Of a DNA stretch of 64,000 bases, positions 60,763 through 64,000 are shown one piece after another. The DNA is taken from NCBI GenBank assembly GCA_018817585.1, contig JAHITE010000080.1:5774-69773 (forward strand). Direction: 5' to 3'. The number at the start of each line of letters is the position of its first letter. The stretch's first letter is position 1. The notes beneath the pieces are model-generated. The model did not search any database, was not told where the DNA came from, and worked only from the letters and a program-made list of their open reading frames with translations. This DNA is from Candidatus Omnitrophota bacterium. Lineage in GTDB: Bacteria > Omnitrophota > Gorgyraeia > B26-G9. Made by a program: the position numbers and the translations under genes.

Positions 60763-60875
60763 GTATTGACTTATCTCTTTACCCTGAAGTTTTTATACCC
60801 GATTCATACAGTAGAAATTCCTATTGTTATATTCTGGCTAATAATATATAGTTTTGCCAGGGGGGGGGCGAGCTT

Positions 60876-61250
60876 ATGCATGTATTATTGGTGGTAGATG
60901 ATGAACCAGAAATTCGGTTAATCATGGAAAAGTTTTTTGCGAAACACGGGTTTTCAGTTTTAAGCGCTGAACACGGCGGTTATGCTCTGGAGATAATTCA
61001 GTCCCATGTTCAGATTGATTGTATTTTGTTAGACATGAAAATGCCAAAAGTCGATGGTTTCGCGGTATTAACCCAGCTTCGTCAGATTGGATGCGCTATC
61101 CCGATTATTTTGATCGGCGGCTCAGTGGGCGCGGAAAACGACATTGTAAAGCTGCAAGAATTGGGGTTTCAAGAAGAGGAGCTTTTATATAAACCAATAA
61201 GCTTGGATAAGCTTTTGGAAATAGTGAAATCGCGCCTAAATATAATTTAA
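60876..61250 (+). CDS. Single-domain response regulator
   Basis: LVVDDE, LLDMKMP, YKPI. Confidence 0.9.
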   Translation: MHVLLVVDDEPEIRLIMEKFFAKHGFSVLSAEHGGYALEIIQSHVQIDCILLDMKMPKVDGFAVLTQLRQIGCAIPIILIGGSVGAENDIVKLQELGFQEEELLYKPISLDKLLEIVKSRLNII

Positions 61251-61644
61251 AATTTAGAGGATAGAAGCAGTGATATTGAATTTAGTGCTTGTCTATTGAG
61301 TCGAACATATTGGCTTAAGTAAAGATACATTGACATTTAAATTTATTCTATACTATAATATAGTTTAAATAAAGTTTACTAATTTTGGGGATATAGTGGT
61401 GTTAGTTTTTCTAGGCATCAATATACTGTAAATCAGAGAAAAGGGGCTGCTTGTATGCTGTCAGTAATTACAAGTAAGATCGCGGGGTATTTTAAACGGC
61501 AAATACGTTTGCGGTTTTTGCGAAAATATAGAAATATTGCGGCTAAATGCGGCAGAACATTACCGAATAATTAAAATAGTTTATGTTTAGTTATTCGGTT
61601 TTTCCTCTTCGTTAAACGCGCGCTCTCTGAAGGAGTCAGAATAT

Positions 61645-62970
61645 ATGTTAAATCCGATTCGTGCTTCGCTGGGTGCAAAGTTCATTTTTTTTCTAGGTAT
61701 TGTTTTAGTAGGTGTATTCTCATTAATCACTTTTTTAAATTTTGCTGCCCAAAAAGAAATTCTCCTGAATCGCGGCTTAAAAGAAGCTAATGATTTAGGC
61801 TGTTTGATTCTTACCGGAATCCGCTTTCCCATGCTGGAGGGAGATCAGGATATTATTCAGATGCAATTTGATGATTTTCGAAAATTATCCGGGATAAAAT
61901 CAATTAGTCTTCTTGACCATAACGGAACAATTAAAAGAAGTACTGACTGGGATATGCTTGAGAAAAGAGCAATCTCCCCATTGGTTGCAGACGCGCTGCT
62001 TGGCAAAGAATCCCATGGAATTGAAAACAGGAGAGTAGAAAATCAGGAGATTTTTACTGAGGCGATTCCGATCCCTAATGAAAATCAATGTATTGTTTGC
62101 CACGGAACAAAATATAAAATTCTCGGAGTTCTAAATATCAGCCTTGATTGGCAGCCCGTATTAACCGCGATTAATTCCGCTAAAAATTTAAGTATTATGA
62201 TCGCCATGATCGGTATGATTATTATCAGTATTTCCGTTGTATTCCTTTTGCTGCAAATTATTATTCGGCCTATTTTTATTGTTGAGCAGGGATTGAAGCG
62301 GGTATCCGAAGGAGATTTAAATTATAAACTGCCGACGACAAGAGGAGATGAGATCGGCCGAGTATCGAGAATGTTTAATCAAATGACCATTGATATCAGC
62401 AATTCTCTGCGTCGGGAAAAAGAATTAAGATATGCTGAACAATTAAAATCCAAGGAAATTACCGAATCTTTATCTTTAATTACTGCTACTATTGAGTCTA
62501 CGGCTGACGGGATTTTGGTGGTGAATGATAAAGGCCTGATTACCCGCTATAATCGCAATTTTCTGGATATCTGGAAAATTCCCGAGGAAATTTTAAAAAT
62601 CGGTGGCGATAGCACTTTTTGGGCCGAATCGTTTAAGCAAGTAGAAAATCCAGAGCAGGTTAAAGCAAGCGTTGAAAAAGCATACAGTCAGCCAGATTCC
62701 ACTAGTTTTGATATTATTAAATTTAAAAACGGTAAAATAATCGAGTGTGCCTCAAAGCCTCAGAAAATTGGAACATTGACTGTGGGCAGAGTCTGGAGTT
62801 TTCGCGATGTCACGGAACAAAAACTGACTGAAGAAGCGCTTAAAAACAAAATGAGTGAACTGGAACATTTCAATCACTTTGTTGTTGGCCGGGAAATAAA
62901 AATGAAAGAACTAAAAGAAGAGATTAGGGATTTAAAACAAGCAGCAAGCAAGTCAAAAACAGTTGAATAA
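61645..62970 (+). CDS. Membrane sensor with periplasmic CxxCH domain, HAMP and PAS but no output domain
   Basis: Two TM helices, CIVCHG, HAMP (GDEIGRVSRMFNQM), PAS, and C-terminal coiled coil VGREIKMKELKEEI. Confidence 0.85.
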   Translation: MLNPIRASLGAKFIFFLGIVLVGVFSLITFLNFAAQKEILLNRGLKEANDLGCLILTGIRFPMLEGDQDIIQMQFDDFRKLSGIKSISLLDHNGTIKRSTDWDMLEKRAISPLVADALLGKESHGIENRRVENQEIFTEAIPIPNENQCIVCHGTKYKILGVLNISLDWQPVLTAINSAKNLSIMIAMIGMIIISISVVFLLLQIIIRPIFIVEQGLKRVSEGDLNYKLPTTRGDEIGRVSRMFNQMTIDISNSLRREKELRYAEQLKSKEITESLSLITATIESTADGILVVNDKGLITRYNRNFLDIWKIPEEILKIGGDSTFWAESFKQVENPEQVKASVEKAYSQPDSTSFDIIKFKNGKIIECASKPQKIGTLTVGRVWSFRDVTEQKLTEEALKNKMSELEHFNHFVVGREIKMKELKEEIRDLKQAASKSKTVE

Positions 62971-62992
62971 TTTTATACTCGGAGTGTTTATT

Positions 62993-64000
62993 ATGTCTGA
63001 ACAAAATAGCGCGTCAGAAAAACTATCGCAGGAAATAAAACAGCTAAAGCGAAAATTAGCAGAATCTGAGCAAACGGTGCTTGATCAATTCGCGCGCGCG
63101 GAAGAAAATAAAACGGTAAGCAGTATTTTAAATGCTGTGCCGCACGCGGTTATTGGCTTGGTTAACCAAAAAATTGTGTTTGCTAATAAAGCGGTAAAGA
63201 CAATATTTAATATAGATCGTGAGACAATCATTGGTCAATCAACCCGGAGGTTCTATCGCAGTGACGAGGATTTTCAGCGGATCGCCGATATGATTTATCC
63301 TGTATTAGACGGTAAAAAATGTTATGCCCAGGAATTCCCCTGCCGGACTTATGACGGCAGAGATATTATCTGTAATGTCAGCGCGGCGCGTTTTGGCGAG
63401 ACTTTGCAGGATAAAAGAATTGTCGTGATGTATGAAGATTGTGAAGATATTGCTTTGCGTAGACAAATTGAAAAAGACCTGCTATTATTAAGCAATTTAA
63501 TGGAACAATCCCGAGACGCGATTTTGTTCATTTCCCTGGAAAGCGCCAAGCTTATTTACGCGAACAAAGAAGCTTGTGAAAGTCTGGGATATGATAAAGC
63601 TGAGCTGCTTTCAAAAACAGTTTTGGATATAGCCCCGTTATTTACTCCAGAGCGTTGGGCTAAACATATCCAGTTGATTAAAGAATCAGCACTGACAATG
63701 CTGCAGAATACAATTCATAGACGAAAAGACGGTTCTCAGTTTCCGGTGGAAGTGAGTACTAAGTTTGTTCGCTTTGAGCAAAATAATTATCTAATTTCTA
63801 TTGTCCGCGATATTTCTGATAAGTCCAAAGAACAGGCAAAACTGGAAGGAATAAATAGTTTAAAGGATAATTTATTAGCTCCTGGAGAATTGACTGATAA
63901 AATGAAACTGGTAACTGACGCCGCGGTTAAGATATTTGATGCTGATTTTGCCAGAATATGGATGATCAAGCCAGGAGACTTGTGTGATAAGGACTGCATT
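62993..64000 (+). CDS. Multi-PAS sensor protein, 3'-truncated by window edge
   Basis: GGAG RBS and open frame MSEQNSASEK..., with PAS motifs (FANKAV, YANKEACESLGY, RRKDGSQFPVEVS). Confidence 0.82.
   Translation, partial: MSEQNSASEKLSQEIKQLKRKLAESEQTVLDQFARAEENKTVSSILNAVPHAVIGLVNQKIVFANKAVKTIFNIDRETIIGQSTRRFYRSDEDFQRIADMIYPVLDGKKCYAQEFPCRTYDGRDIICNVSAARFGETLQDKRIVVMYEDCEDIALRRQIEKDLLLLSNLMEQSRDAILFISLESAKLIYANKEACESLGYDKAELLSKTVLDIAPLFTPERWAKHIQLIKESALTMLQNTIHRRKDGSQFPVEVSTKFVRFEQNNYLISIVRDISDKSKEQAKLEGINSLKDNLLAPGELTDKMKLVTDAAVKIFDADFARIWMIKPGDLCDKDCI

Noticed and set aside
61455-61574. 39-aa basic ORF MLSVITSKIAGYFKRQIRLRFLRKY upstream of the heme sensor
   Set aside because: Weak RBS and no recognisable family, so there is not enough support to list it as a gene.

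Overview
AT-rich bacterial chromosome segment. The gene families suggest a PVC-group organism such as Omnitrophota, which is an inference only. It begins inside serS and ends inside a PAS sensor gene. Main blocks: (1) 1.5-5.1 kb, an HD-GYP/HEAT-like gene pair; (2) 5.7-6.5 kb, a Y1/RAYT-type transposase framed by perfect 21-bp inverted repeats; (3) 9.9-26 kb, a general-stress/signalling island with a FixL-like kinase, two decayed response regulators, a GT4-phosphodiesterase-EEP triple fusion, a frameshifted GGDEF/HD-GYP gene, BON, DUF1328, a PEP-CTERM ice-binding protein, DUF3185 and MscS, where three promoters share a palindromic box abutting the -35; (4) 26-32 kb, a GT4/GH130/GH130/GT4-cupin mannoside operon; (5) 40-43.8 kb, a decayed islet with RAYT, PIN and TolC remnants and a stand-alone TIR gene; (6) 44-59 kb, RNA-metabolism/cold genes (Tex, CvfB, DEAD helicase, two Csp, an orphan fusA) and a KamA + two ATP-grasp + GNAT operon with no product I can assign; (7) 59.5-64 kb, PAS/LuxR signalling genes. 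GTAG-type REPs, octamer micro-repeats and a marked excess of CGCG also occur. I saw no rRNA, tRNA or CRISPR array. All product calls come from reading motifs by eye, not from database searches.
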